A stretch of DNA of 64,000 nucleotides from Sphingobacteriales bacterium (GTDB lineage: Bacteria; Bacteroidota; Bacteroidia; Chitinophagales; Chitinophagaceae), in assembly GCA_027484425.1 (NCBI GenBank), contig JAIXSZ010000020.1, positions 11,988-75,987 on the forward strand. The letters are read 5' to 3'. This document shows, one piece after another, positions 50,506 through 60,063 of the stretch. The translations under genes and the position numbers were made by a program. Position 1 is the stretch's first letter. Every line of letters starts with the position of its first letter. The notes under the pieces were generated by a model. It worked only from the letters and a program-made list of their open reading frames with translations. It made no database searches and was not told the origin of the DNA.

Positions 50506-51747
50506 TTGTATTTTTCTGAGTTTGGTTTCGATGATGACCTGATGGATGGCATAGATGCCATGGGCTACGAAACAGCCACCCCTGTGCAAGAGCAAGTAAT
50601 ACCCCACATAATAGCCGGCAGAGACATAATAGCCGCTGCCCAAACGGGTACTGGCAAAACAGCTGCTTTCCTGCTACCTGTGCTACACAAGCTGCTATCG
50701 CAACAGCACGACGAGCACTCTATAAACGCACTGATAGTAGTACCTACCCGCGAGCTGGCTGTGCAAATAGCCCAGACACTGGAGGGTATAACGTACTACA
50801 CCTCTATCAGCTTTATATCGGTATACGGTGGCACGGGTGGTGCTCTGTTTGCTGCCGAGCGTAAGGCACTGGAAAAAGGAGCTGATATAGTGATATGCAC
50901 TCCGGGGCGCATGATATCGCACCTGAATATGGGCTATGTGAAACTAGATGGCCTGCGCTACCTGATACTAGACGAGGCAGATAGAATGCTGGATATGGGT
51001 TTTTATGAAGACATCATAAAAATAATATCGTACCTGCCCGCACAGCGGCAAAACCTGCTGTTTTCGGCCACTATGCCACCGGCTATGCGCAAGCTAGCCA
51101 ATACCATACTGAAGAACCCCGCAGAAATAAACATAGCCATATCTAAGCCGCCAGAGCAGATAGCTCAAGGGGCTTTTCTGGTGTATGAGCCACAAAAAAT
51201 ACCGCTAGTAAAGTTTGTGCTGGAACAAGCTGAATTTGGTAGTGTACTCATCTTCTGCTCTAGCAAGCTGAGTGTAAAAAAGCTGTATGAAGAGCTGCGC
51301 AAGGCTAAGTTTTCGGTGGGCAATATACAGTCTGACCTAGAACAAGACCAGCGCGAGCAGGTATTGCTAGACTTCAGAAGCCGCAAGCTGAAAATAATAG
51401 TAGCTACAGACATACTGAGCCGAGGCATAGACATTGAAGACATAGACCTGGTAATAAACTACGATGTGCCACACGATGGCGAAGACTACGTGCACCGAAT
51501 AGGGCGCACAGCTCGTGCGGCTACCAAGGGTACTGCCTATACATTCGTGACAGACAAAGAGTTGTACAAGTTTCAGAAGATAGAAAAGCTGATAGGCACT
51601 GATGTGCCCCGTCAGGTAGTGCCAGAGCAGTTTGGCCCGGCCCCTGCCGAAACCATAGCTTCGAAGTCAAAATCGAAAAGCAGTAACAAAAAACGCAAGT
51701 TCAAACGCGGCGGGCCTGGAAAGGGAACGCAAGGCGGAGGTGCATAG
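50506..51747 (+). CDS. DEAD-box ATP-dependent RNA helicase
   Basis: Q motif (GYETATPVQ), motif I AQTGTGKT, DEAD, SAT, HRIGRTAR. Gly/Lys-rich basic C-terminal tail. Apparent TTG start. Confidence 0.8.
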   Translation: MYFSEFGFDDDLMDGIDAMGYETATPVQEQVIPHIIAGRDIIAAAQTGTGKTAAFLLPVLHKLLSQQHDEHSINALIVVPTRELAVQIAQTLEGITYYTSISFISVYGGTGGALFAAERKALEKGADIVICTPGRMISHLNMGYVKLDGLRYLILDEADRMLDMGFYEDIIKIISYLPAQRQNLLFSATMPPAMRKLANTILKNPAEINIAISKPPEQIAQGAFLVYEPQKIPLVKFVLEQAEFGSVLIFCSSKLSVKKLYEELRKAKFSVGNIQSDLEQDQREQVLLDFRSRKLKIIVATDILSRGIDIEDIDLVINYDVPHDGEDYVHRIGRTARAATKGTAYTFVTDKELYKFQKIEKLIGTDVPRQVVPEQFGPAPAETIASKSKSKSSNKKRKFKRGGPGKGTQGGGA

Positions 51748-51752
51748 CGTAG

Positions 51753-52463
51753 TTACTTTATGTTCTTAAACCTTGCAGCTATTTCTTTTTTGTAGCTATC
51801 GCCCACCGGCAGTGTCACCTCCTGCACCAATATAGTTTGTGCAGTTATTTTTTGCACAAACTGTACATTGGCTATATATGATTTATGTAGCCGCACAAAA
51901 TTTTTGGGTTTCAGGTCTGTTTCCAGGTCCGATATTTTGTGGTTTACAATCAGTGTTTTACCACTACCAGTCAGGTGCAGTTTGCTGTAGTTGCCCGCTG
52001 CCTCTATGTAATAAATATTGTTCAAAAACACTTTTTCTGTAGTAACCCCAGTTTTGAAAAATGTAAATTCATTGTTTTCTTTTTCATTGTCATCTTGTAG
52101 GGGGCGCACATCGGTTACTGCACGGTTTACAGCCAGCAGAAAACGCTCTGTAGATATAGGTTTGAGCAGATAATCTGTTACACCTATGTTGAACCCCTCA
52201 ACTGCATATTCTGTGTAGGCTGTGGTAATAATGATTTTGTGCGCTTGCTGCAACGACCTTATGAACTGTAAGCCATTGACTCCGGGCATTTTGATGTCGC
52301 AAAATATAATGTCTACAGCAGTATTATGTAGCAATGCCATTGCCTCGCCAGCATTTCGGCAGCTACCCACCAGTTTCAGATTGGGTAGCAGGGCTATATA
52401 CTCTTGCAGTACCTGTCTGGCTAGTGGTTCGTCGTCCGCTATCAAACAATTATATATTTTCAT
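51753..52463 (-). CDS. LytTR-family response regulator
   Basis: REC domain (CLIADDEP...IFCDIKMPGVNG) plus a C-terminal LytTR DNA-binding domain. Confidence 0.8.
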   Translation of the reverse strand: MKIYNCLIADDEPLARQVLQEYIALLPNLKLVGSCRNAGEAMALLHNTAVDIIFCDIKMPGVNGLQFIRSLQQAHKIIITTAYTEYAVEGFNIGVTDYLLKPISTERFLLAVNRAVTDVRPLQDDNEKENNEFTFFKTGVTTEKVFLNNIYYIEAAGNYSKLHLTGSGKTLIVNHKISDLETDLKPKNFVRLHKSYIANVQFVQKITAQTILVQEVTLPVGDSYKKEIAARFKNIK

Positions 52464-53473
52464 AGTTGCAGCTTTAGGGTAGCACCGTACACATTGTTTT
52501 GGTGATTGATGTTCAAGTCATACTTTTTGCCATACAGTAGGTCTAGTCTTTTTATGATGTTTTTAAGCCCAGTACCTGTGGCGGTATTGTGAGCCAGTAT
52601 CGTAAAGTTATTAGTAACTGTAAACAATAGCCGACCATCCGTTACAGACAGGTGTATATGAATGTTCACTTGTCCGGTGTTTTGCTCTACGCCATGCTTG
52701 AAGGCGTTTTCTACAAATGGTAAAAGCAATAATGGGGGCAGCCTGTATTGGTTATATTCATTGGGAGCAATGTCCATTTCGCATACAGCATCATCATTGA
52801 GCCGCAACCGCTCCATTGCTGTATAGCTGCTCAAAAAATGGATCTCTTCTGCCAGTGTCACATACTCCCGCTGCGATACTTCCATCATATATCGCATGAG
52901 GTCAGATAACTGTAAAATAACCTTTTCTACCTTGCCCGATTGCGACCTTGCCAGCGAATAAAGACTATTGAGGGTATTAAACAGAAAATGTGGATTGACC
53001 TGAGATTTGAGAAACAGTATTTCTTGTTTAGCTTTTGCCAGCTCTAGCTGCTGTACTTTCCGCACAACGTACAAATAGTCTGTAAACACTGTTATGCCCG
53101 ATGCGAGAAATAACAACAGCACACTGAACGGTAAATTAAAGAAAAACCATTGCCAAAAAGGATTGTTGAACGGCATGATAAGATTGCTAACTGGACCCAA
53201 TATTAACTGCTGTATACAGGCAGTAAGTACTATAAGTCCGAAACCCAACAAAGATTTTCCTTTCAGAAAATAAACCGGTGTGATATACTTAGCTGCCACA
53301 AAATAGGCTCCTCCATAAGTGCAGTAGAATAAAATACCAACTAATGTCAGCTTTACTGCCCCAAATGCATATAATGCAGGCTCTGCAAAAAAATAAATAG
53401 TGAGTAATACCCAAAACAGGATATGAATCCAGTAATGCCGCTCGGTGATGTACCCCAATTTGATTTTGCCCAT
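52460..53473 (-). CDS. LytS/YehU-type sensor histidine kinase (5TM + His_kinase)
   Basis: Multi-TM N-terminus, NPHFLFNTLNSL H-box and GTGLKNI G-box. It overlaps the LytTR regulator by 4 bp. Confidence 0.75.
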   Translation of the reverse strand: MGKIKLGYITERHYWIHILFWVLLTIYFFAEPALYAFGAVKLTLVGILFYCTYGGAYFVAAKYITPVYFLKGKSLLGFGLIVLTACIQQLILGPVSNLIMPFNNPFWQWFFFNLPFSVLLLFLASGITVFTDYLYVVRKVQQLELAKAKQEILFLKSQVNPHFLFNTLNSLYSLARSQSGKVEKVILQLSDLMRYMMEVSQREYVTLAEEIHFLSSYTAMERLRLNDDAVCEMDIAPNEYNQYRLPPLLLLPFVENAFKHGVEQNTGQVNIHIHLSVTDGRLLFTVTNNFTILAHNTATGTGLKNIIKRLDLLYGKKYDLNINHQNNVYGATLKLQL

Positions 53474-53676
53474 ACATTGTTTCCTCCACTACTCTATCAC
53501 CAAATTTAGGTACATACCTCTATTTACCAATGCGTCGCCAGCAAGCAATTGATGAAACTGCAAAAACAAAGGATAAAAAACACAAACAAAAGCTGTTCGT
53601 CCTGTCTATACCCTTTTCAACATTTAAATTTTTTTGTAACCATTTTTGCACAGAGTTTTGTACAAACTATTGTAAC

Positions 53677-55092
53677 ATGATGATGCAGAAAGCGTGGTAT
53701 ATAGCGATGGTTATTATAAGTTCATTGTTTTCAATTAACGTAAGTGGTCAAATAACCGGCATCAAAATAGCGGGTGATACCTGCACCAGCCTTACACTAT
53801 CGTTACAGGCAGAAGGCACCAGCAGCTCACCCTATTTTTTCTGGAACTTTGGCGACCCTGCCAGCGGCACTAACGATACCATTACCATTACGGGGCTGAG
53901 TGCATCGCCCTATCCTACACATACCTTCAGCGGCCCAGGGGTGTATACGGTTTGTGTGTCGCTGCAAGAGCCCGGCTTCCCTATTACTACTATCTGCCGC
54001 ACCATTTCTATTGGTTTGTGTTGCAATGGTATTATTAGTACATCAGACACCTGTGTAGAAAACAGCATACCCTTTTCGGTAGTGAGTAGTGCCTCCATTA
54101 CCGGTATCAACTGGAACTTCGGCGACCCAGCCAGTGGCGCTGCCAATACATCTGTGTCACTTTCTCCCAGCCACTTGTTCTCGTCGGCGGGCAGCTACAC
54201 TGTTACGGCTGTTGTTGCTGCTACTTGCGGCAGCTTTACTATCAATTACCCTATATCAGTAGTAGCTTGCCAAACGGTATCGCCTTGCAGTGCTACTATA
54301 CGTGCTAGAGATACCTGCCTGCAAAACGGCACAAGATTTGAATTGGCAACAGCAGCTATTGTAAACGCCATCAATTGGAACTTTGGTGACCCTGCCAGTG
54401 GTGCCAGCAACACAGCAACTGGTGCTACCCCTACTCACCTGTTCTCTGCCAGCGGCACCTATACCGTTACTGCAGTAATAGCCGCGGATTGCGGTGATAT
54501 AGTGGCTACAACAACAGTCAATGTAATTAACTGCATCATCAATAATCCGTGTACTGCCAATATCAACATTGCGGACACTTGTTTGGAGTTAGGTTCTTCT
54601 TTCTCACTCAGCTCTCTTTATCCTGTCATCGCCGTCAACTGGAATTTTGGGGATGTAGCGTCTTCTGGTAACAATACGTCCAACCTACAGAATCCTACAC
54701 ATATATTTAGCAACTCAGGTGCATTTATTATTCGTGCAACTGCTAATCTCAGTTGTGGAACTATATCCATTTCACGTACAGTTGTTATCAGAAAGTGTGA
54801 TAGCGTGTCGGTAAGTTGTACCATTACCGTTCCCAACGCCTTTACACCAAATGGTGATGGTCTTAACGATGGACTAAAACCAGTTATACCCTGCGCGCTT
54901 GCCCAATATGAGTTTTGGGTATTCAATAGGTGGGGAGAGGTAGTGTATAATACTCGAAATGTAACCGACAGATGGGACGGTACATTCAGAGGCTACCAGT
55001 GCAATACTGGTGTGTTCTTTTATCAAGTGAAATACAAATTTGACAATGCTTCTGAAAAGGTATTAGGAGGCAATTTTACTTTGATTCGGTAA
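53677..55092 (+). CDS. PKD-repeat protein with gliding-motility-associated C-terminal domain (T9SS type-B CTD)
   Basis: Signal peptide MMMQKAWYIAMVIISSLFSINVSGQ. Four repeats of NWNFGDPASG...H.FS..G.YTVT. C-terminal VPNAFTPNGDGLNDGLKPV...FNRWGEVVY motif. Confidence 0.75.
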   Translation: MMMQKAWYIAMVIISSLFSINVSGQITGIKIAGDTCTSLTLSLQAEGTSSSPYFFWNFGDPASGTNDTITITGLSASPYPTHTFSGPGVYTVCVSLQEPGFPITTICRTISIGLCCNGIISTSDTCVENSIPFSVVSSASITGINWNFGDPASGAANTSVSLSPSHLFSSAGSYTVTAVVAATCGSFTINYPISVVACQTVSPCSATIRARDTCLQNGTRFELATAAIVNAINWNFGDPASGASNTATGATPTHLFSASGTYTVTAVIAADCGDIVATTTVNVINCIINNPCTANINIADTCLELGSSFSLSSLYPVIAVNWNFGDVASSGNNTSNLQNPTHIFSNSGAFIIRATANLSCGTISISRTVVIRKCDSVSVSCTITVPNAFTPNGDGLNDGLKPVIPCALAQYEFWVFNRWGEVVYNTRNVTDRWDGTFRGYQCNTGVFFYQVKYKFDNASEKVLGGNFTLIR

Positions 55093-55172
55093 TACCAACT
55101 AAAATAAACACTAAAAAGCCGCAGCCCAAGAGGGGTACGGCTTCTTTATTATTGTATTGTAGGTAAGTAGTA

Positions 55173-55766
55173 TTATGCTAGTTTTTCTACCTGCATATAG
55201 TTCAGTTCTACCGGTGTAGCCCTGCCAAATATTTTTACTACTACTTTCAGTTTTTTCTTCTCGTTGTTGATTTCCTCTACAGTACCATTGAAATCGTTGA
55301 ATGGACCATCAATGATCTTCACTGTTTCGCCTATGATGTATGGATCTGCGTAGCCAATACCCTGCTCGCTCACCTCATCCATCTTACCAAACATTTTATT
55401 CACCTCTGCTTTGCGCAAAGCCGTAGGATGGTCTTTGCCCAAAAAATGAATAACTCCTGTTACATTTTTTACAGTATGTATGATGTCGTCGGTAAGTTTG
55501 CCATCATTAGCTTCCAGCAGTATATATCCTGGAAACAAAGTTTTTTCGCGGAGTACTTTTTTGCCGTTCAGCACTTTAAATACCTTTTCTACAGGGCACA
55601 ATATCTGCACCACAGAGTTGGTCCAGTTGTTGATTTTCACTTCCTTGTCCAGGTATTCTTTTACTTTTCTTTCCTTTCCGCTCACCACACGTATCACATA
55701 CCACTTGGTATCTGGCGCTGGTGCCACATCAGGAATTATTACTACTTCTTCGCTCATAGCATCCAT
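55173..55766 (-). CDS. nusG: Transcription termination/antitermination factor NusG
   Basis: NGN domain ([19 protein letters not shown]) and C-terminal KOW ([21 protein letters not shown]). Confidence 0.85.
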   Translation of the reverse strand: MDAMSEEVVIIPDVAPAPDTKWYVIRVVSGKERKVKEYLDKEVKINNWTNSVVQILCPVEKVFKVLNGKKVLREKTLFPGYILLEANDGKLTDDIIHTVKNVTGVIHFLGKDHPTALRKAEVNKMFGKMDEVSEQGIGYADPYIIGETVKIIDGPFNDFNGTVEEINNEKKKLKVVVKIFGRATPVELNYMQVEKLA

Positions 55767-55770
55767 TTGA

Positions 55771-55968
55771 TTAGCCGCCTATAGTTTTGTAAATGAATGT
55801 AAGCGCATTTTCAGACACAAAGTCCATACCGAAGATAACAACAGTAACCAGCGACAGTGCTACCAGCACTATGATAGTAGTTTGTTGTAGTTCTTCCCAA
55901 GATGGCCAGGTCACCTTGTGCAACAACTCGTCATAAGCTTCTTGCACATAATTGCCTAATTTGCTCAT
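55771..55968 (-). CDS. secE: Preprotein translocase subunit SecE
   Basis: 65 aa, single C-terminal TM helix, the KVTWPS motif, and a position between tRNA-Trp and nusG. Confidence 0.75.
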   Translation of the reverse strand: MSKLGNYVQEAYDELLHKVTWPSWEELQQTTIIVLVALSLVTVVIFGMDFVSENALTFIYKTIGG

Positions 55969-56056
55969 ATTTCTCTTTTAGTGACCAAACAACAAAGGTG
56001 CAAATAGCAGACGCTATTTACAACCCTCAATCGGTTAGCCGATTAAACATTAAGGG

Positions 56057-56127
56057 CACGGGCACGCGGATTCGAACCACGATCAAAGGTTTTGGAGACC
56101 TCTATTCTACCATTGAACTATGCCCGT
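56057..56127 (-). tRNA. tRNA-Trp (anticodon CCA)
   Basis: Reverse complement folds as ACGGGCA-TA-GTTC-AATGGTA-GAAT-A-GAGGT-CTCCAAA-ACCTT-TGAT-CGTGG-TTCGAAT-CCGCG-TGCCCGT-G. Confidence 0.8.
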
Positions 56128-56255
56128 ATAAATCAAAAAGTCAAAAGATAAACTTTTGACTTTTTTTGAACACAGTGCAAATGTAGGAAATGTTTTTGGT
56201 TTTTTGAAATCAATTTAAAGTTTCTAGCCCAAGCTTAGTACTTGTCACCTGGATA

Positions 56256-56519
56256 CTATTTGTCTTTACGCTTCTTATAACGATGAACTATTGCCGCATA
56301 CGCATAAATACTAAGTATGGGTACTGCCACTACCACAAACGATAGCCCAAACCTGATTCCCAATTTCTGTAGTGGCACATCCCTAATGTCGACGCCCTTA
56401 TTGTGGTAGGCAAGCCATGTATTGCTAGCTGCCATCACCAAAGCTGCTAGTGCTATGGTAAGTCTGAGTTTGACTACAGATTTTTCTTTGGGATGCTCCA
56501 TATCAGCGTACTTACTCAA
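56256..56519 (-). CDS. Small hypothetical membrane protein (87 aa, 2 TM)
   Basis: Two hydrophobic helices and a basic C-terminus. No family recognised. Confidence 0.3.
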   Translation of the reverse strand: MSKYADMEHPKEKSVVKLRLTIALAALVMAASNTWLAYHNKGVDIRDVPLQKLGIRFGLSFVVVAVPILSIYAYAAIVHRYKKRKDK

Positions 56520-56568
56520 AAATAGCGATTGATGCCCTAGAATGCATATTTACTGCTAATTTTGGGGT

Positions 56569-58089
56569 ATGAAGGTAAGAGTAAGATTTGCACCCAGCCC
56601 TACCGGCGGCTTGCACCTGGGTGGTGTACGCACTGTATTGTTCAATTATCTGTTCGCTCGCGCCCATGATGGCGATTTTGTGCTAAGAATAGAAGACACC
56701 GACCAAACGCGTTTTGTACCCGGCGCTGAGCAATACATAATGGATTGTTTGGCTTGGTGCGGACTAGAGCCTGATGAAAGTCCAGTAAAAGGTGGTCCTT
56801 TTGTGCCCTACCGCCAAAGTGAGCGCAAAAGTATGTACAGGCAATATGCTTTGCAGCTAGTAGCGTCCGGCAATGCTTACTATGCGTTCGATACGCCTGA
56901 AGAGCTGGAAAAAATGAGGCATGAACATCGTAAAGACGAGCACTCTGCTGCACAGTATGATAGCAATACCCGCCTACTGATGCGCAACTCGTTGACACTG
57001 AGCCCCGCCGAAACCGAGGCACTAATAGCTGCCGGCACACCCCACGTAATAAGGATAAAAGTACCAGAGCACACCACCATACACATCAGCGACATGATAA
57101 GGGGCGATATAGCCTTCGATAGTTCGCTGGTGGATGATAAAGTACTGTTGAAGGCAGATGGTATGCCCACATACCACCTAGCTGTGGTGGTAGACGATTA
57201 CTTGATGCAGATATCGCATGCTTTTCGTGGCGAGGAGTGGTTGCCAAGCGCACCGGTGCATGTACTGCTGTGGGAGTATCTGGGCTGGAAAGCACACATG
57301 CCACAATGGGCGCACCTGCCGCTGATACTGAAGCCAGATGGAAACGGCAAACTAAGCAAGCGTGATGGCGACAGGCTGGGCTTCCCAGTGTTTGCCATGA
57401 ACTGGCTAGACCCCAAAACAAATGAAATAACAAAGGGATTTAAGGAGATGGGCTTCCTGCCTCAGGCGTTTGTAAACATGCTGGCTATGCTAGGTTGGAA
57501 TGATGGCACAGGACAAGAGCTGTTTTCGCTCGATGAGCTGGTAGGCTGTTTCTCAATAGAGCGGGTACATAAAGGCGGTGCTAAGTTCGACTTTGAGAAA
57601 GCTAAATGGTTCAACCATCAGTACATACAACACACGGACAATGAAACACTTGCCTCTCTTGCACTTCCATTTATAGAGGCTAACGGTGTTAATCCTACCC
57701 TAGAGCAGGTTGCAACAGTAGCGGCCCTGATCAAAGACCGTTGCACACTGCTCAGCGACTTCTGGGCACAAGGCCATTTCTTTTTTGCAACACCTGAGCT
57801 GGTAGAGAAAGCTGCAATAGCCGATAAGTGGAATGAACAGAAACAACAGTTTTTCAGTAGCTGGGCAACCGTACTCAATGCTCTGCCAACATGGAATGCT
57901 GCCGACCTCGAAACCTCATTTAACGACCATGTGCAGCTACATGGCATCAAAAAGGGAGAAGTAATGCTGCCATTCCGCATTATGCTGGTAGGTGCAAAGT
58001 ATGGCCCAGGAGTCTTTGCGATAGCAGAAGTGATAGGTAAAGATGAAACAATAAGCCGAATGAATGAAACAATGTCGGCAATAGGGTAG
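56569..58089 (+). CDS. gltX: Glutamyl-tRNA synthetase
   Basis: RFAPSPTGGLHLGG (HIGH region) and KLSKRDGD (KMSKS region), 506 aa. Confidence 0.9.
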   Translation: MKVRVRFAPSPTGGLHLGGVRTVLFNYLFARAHDGDFVLRIEDTDQTRFVPGAEQYIMDCLAWCGLEPDESPVKGGPFVPYRQSERKSMYRQYALQLVASGNAYYAFDTPEELEKMRHEHRKDEHSAAQYDSNTRLLMRNSLTLSPAETEALIAAGTPHVIRIKVPEHTTIHISDMIRGDIAFDSSLVDDKVLLKADGMPTYHLAVVVDDYLMQISHAFRGEEWLPSAPVHVLLWEYLGWKAHMPQWAHLPLILKPDGNGKLSKRDGDRLGFPVFAMNWLDPKTNEITKGFKEMGFLPQAFVNMLAMLGWNDGTGQELFSLDELVGCFSIERVHKGGAKFDFEKAKWFNHQYIQHTDNETLASLALPFIEANGVNPTLEQVATVAALIKDRCTLLSDFWAQGHFFFATPELVEKAAIADKWNEQKQQFFSSWATVLNALPTWNAADLETSFNDHVQLHGIKKGEVMLPFRIMLVGAKYGPGVFAIAEVIGKDETISRMNETMSAIG

Positions 58090-58324
58090 GTAATTGACTT
58101 TACCTCGGCTACATTATATAAACGAACCCGCTACTCAGCATAATGCTGGGTAACGGGTTTATCGTTTTGATATAGTAAAAAAACGCTTCCCGTATCTCGT
58201 TTTTTCTTGCCAATAATCCTAAGGTCGATATTGCCTACTTTTAGCTCAATGGTCACTAAACCAACGGTACAAAGAAGTCTTTCTAACTGACTAAAGCCAA
58301 TTAGTTATATCTCGGTACTAATAT

Positions 58325-58606
58325 CTACGCTAGCACATCTCTGAAAGACTCTATCCTGTCAAACATACCCTTAGCAAACGGACACAGTGGTATCACTGTT
58401 ATCTTTTGTTTGCGTGCGTATGCTACTAATGCTTGGAGCAATTGTTTGCCCAGCCCCTTACCTTCATATGCCTCAGCTACCTCTGTGTGGTCAATGATTA
58501 TTTTGTTGGCAGCAGGGTAGTTGTAGTGCATGGTTGCTATCTCTGCACCATCGTGCATTATGTAAAACCTACCCTTTATTTCATTGTTTTGTTGCAGTAC
58601 ATCCAT
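58325..58606 (-). CDS. Small GNAT-family N-acetyltransferase (93 aa)
   Basis: Compact GNAT-like fold with a YEGKGLGKQLLQALVAYAR acetyl-CoA-binding-type motif. Confidence 0.5.
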   Translation of the reverse strand: MDVLQQNNEIKGRFYIMHDGAEIATMHYNYPAANKIIIDHTEVAEAYEGKGLGKQLLQALVAYARKQKITVIPLCPFAKGMFDRIESFRDVLA

Positions 58607-58631
58607 ACGTTACTATATTGCTGGTGAGTAG

Positions 58632-59960
58632 TTATTTGGCTACCGCTATCATCACCTTTTTGTTTTTAATTTTTTCATTTTTCACCAGTTGCAGTGCTTG
58701 TCCTACTTTCGACTTCCTTACTGCCACAAACGAGAAAAAGTCTTTTACATCTATCAGCCCTATATCTTCTTTTTTCAGCATGCCCTTTTGTGCCAAAAAA
58801 CCCACTATATCTACCTTGTTTACCTTGTCTTTTTTGCCGGCAGCTATAAACAGTGTAGACCATTGTGGTGGTGCGGGTAGCTTCTGGTCTGCTTCAGGTA
58901 CTATTTCCTCTACCTCTCCGGTTATATACTCTGGTAGCTGCTCCTCTGGCGATAGTATCAGTATAGCAGTACCTGTAGCATCCATCCTAGCGGTTCTACC
59001 ATTGCGGTGAGTGTAGCTATCTGGTGTCAGTGGCAGGTGGTAGTGTATTATGTAACGGATGTTGGGTATGTCAAGACCCCGGGCAGCAAGGTCAGTAGTC
59101 ACCAGAAAATCTACTGTGCCATTTCTGAATTTGCAGAGAGCCGTATCACGCTCTTGCTGCTCCATACCACCATGATAAAAAGTATTCACTATGCCACTCT
59201 TTGCCATCAGAGCGCTTGTTCTTTCCACTGCCTCACGGTGATTGCAAAATATGATAGTAGGTCGATTGCCTATGTAGCAAAGTAGCTCAAACAATGTGTC
59301 TGTTTTGTCCTTTCCCGGCGACAGTATTTTTTTTACTTCCAGTCTGTCTTCTTCGGTAGTTTCCTCGGGCAGATAATCAAGCGTTGTTACCTCTTTCATA
59401 CCAAGAAAACCCAATACTTCCACGGCTTCAGTAGCAGATGTCAATACTCTTTTGTTCAGTGCAGGTAATGAGCCCACCACAAACGACATCTCTTCCTCAA
59501 ACCCCAACTCCAGCGTTTTATCATATTCATCCAACACCAATGTAGTAATAGCTCCAACTGTTATGTTGCCTCGGCGAATGTGGTCTGATAGCCTACCAGG
59601 AGTACCCACTATTACAGCGGGCGGTTGTTGCAGGTTGTTTTCTTCGGTTTGCCTCAAGTGGCCACCATAGCAGGCTGTTATTTTCAGCCCAGTACCCATC
59701 GACTTGAATACTTCTTCTATTTGCTGTGCTAGCTCTCTAGATGGCACTATGATAAGTGCCTGCGTAAGTTTGTTGCCCGCATCTAACAGTTGCACCAATG
59801 GCAACAGATACGCCAGCGTTTTGCCCGATCCTGTAGCCGATAGCAATACAGTATCACCCTCCTTGCCGATAGCCGCCATAGCAGCTACCTGCATTTCATT
59901 CATTTCTTTTATTTTCAGATTGGTGAGTAGCGTGTCTACTGGATATTTTTGAACTTGCAT
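58632..59960 (-). CDS. DEAD-box RNA helicase with C-terminal DbpA-type RNA-binding domain
   Basis: SATGSGKT, DEYD (variant DEAD), SAT, HRNGRTAR, and a C-terminal DbpA-like domain (VDIVGFLAQKG...IDVKDFFSFVAV). Confidence 0.8.
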   Translation of the reverse strand: MQVQKYPVDTLLTNLKIKEMNEMQVAAMAAIGKEGDTVLLSATGSGKTLAYLLPLVQLLDAGNKLTQALIIVPSRELAQQIEEVFKSMGTGLKITACYGGHLRQTEENNLQQPPAVIVGTPGRLSDHIRRGNITVGAITTLVLDEYDKTLELGFEEEMSFVVGSLPALNKRVLTSATEAVEVLGFLGMKEVTTLDYLPEETTEEDRLEVKKILSPGKDKTDTLFELLCYIGNRPTIIFCNHREAVERTSALMAKSGIVNTFYHGGMEQQERDTALCKFRNGTVDFLVTTDLAARGLDIPNIRYIIHYHLPLTPDSYTHRNGRTARMDATGTAILILSPEEQLPEYITGEVEEIVPEADQKLPAPPQWSTLFIAAGKKDKVNKVDIVGFLAQKGMLKKEDIGLIDVKDFFSFVAVRKSKVGQALQLVKNEKIKNKKVMIAVAK

Positions 59961-60063
59961 AACTGCAAAGGTAGGTTTTATTATACGGGTATGTTTTACC
60001 TATGCATTTACCCTACAACCTGTAACTGTCAAAAAATATCTATCTACACTTCTACTTATGCCC

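Noticed and set aside
56642-57980. Minus-strand ORFs overlapping gltX (56642..57040, 56880..57170, 57086..57433, 57618..57980)
   Set aside because: They are antisense to gltX, with Arg/Cys/Ser-rich compositions typical of GC-skewed spurious frames.
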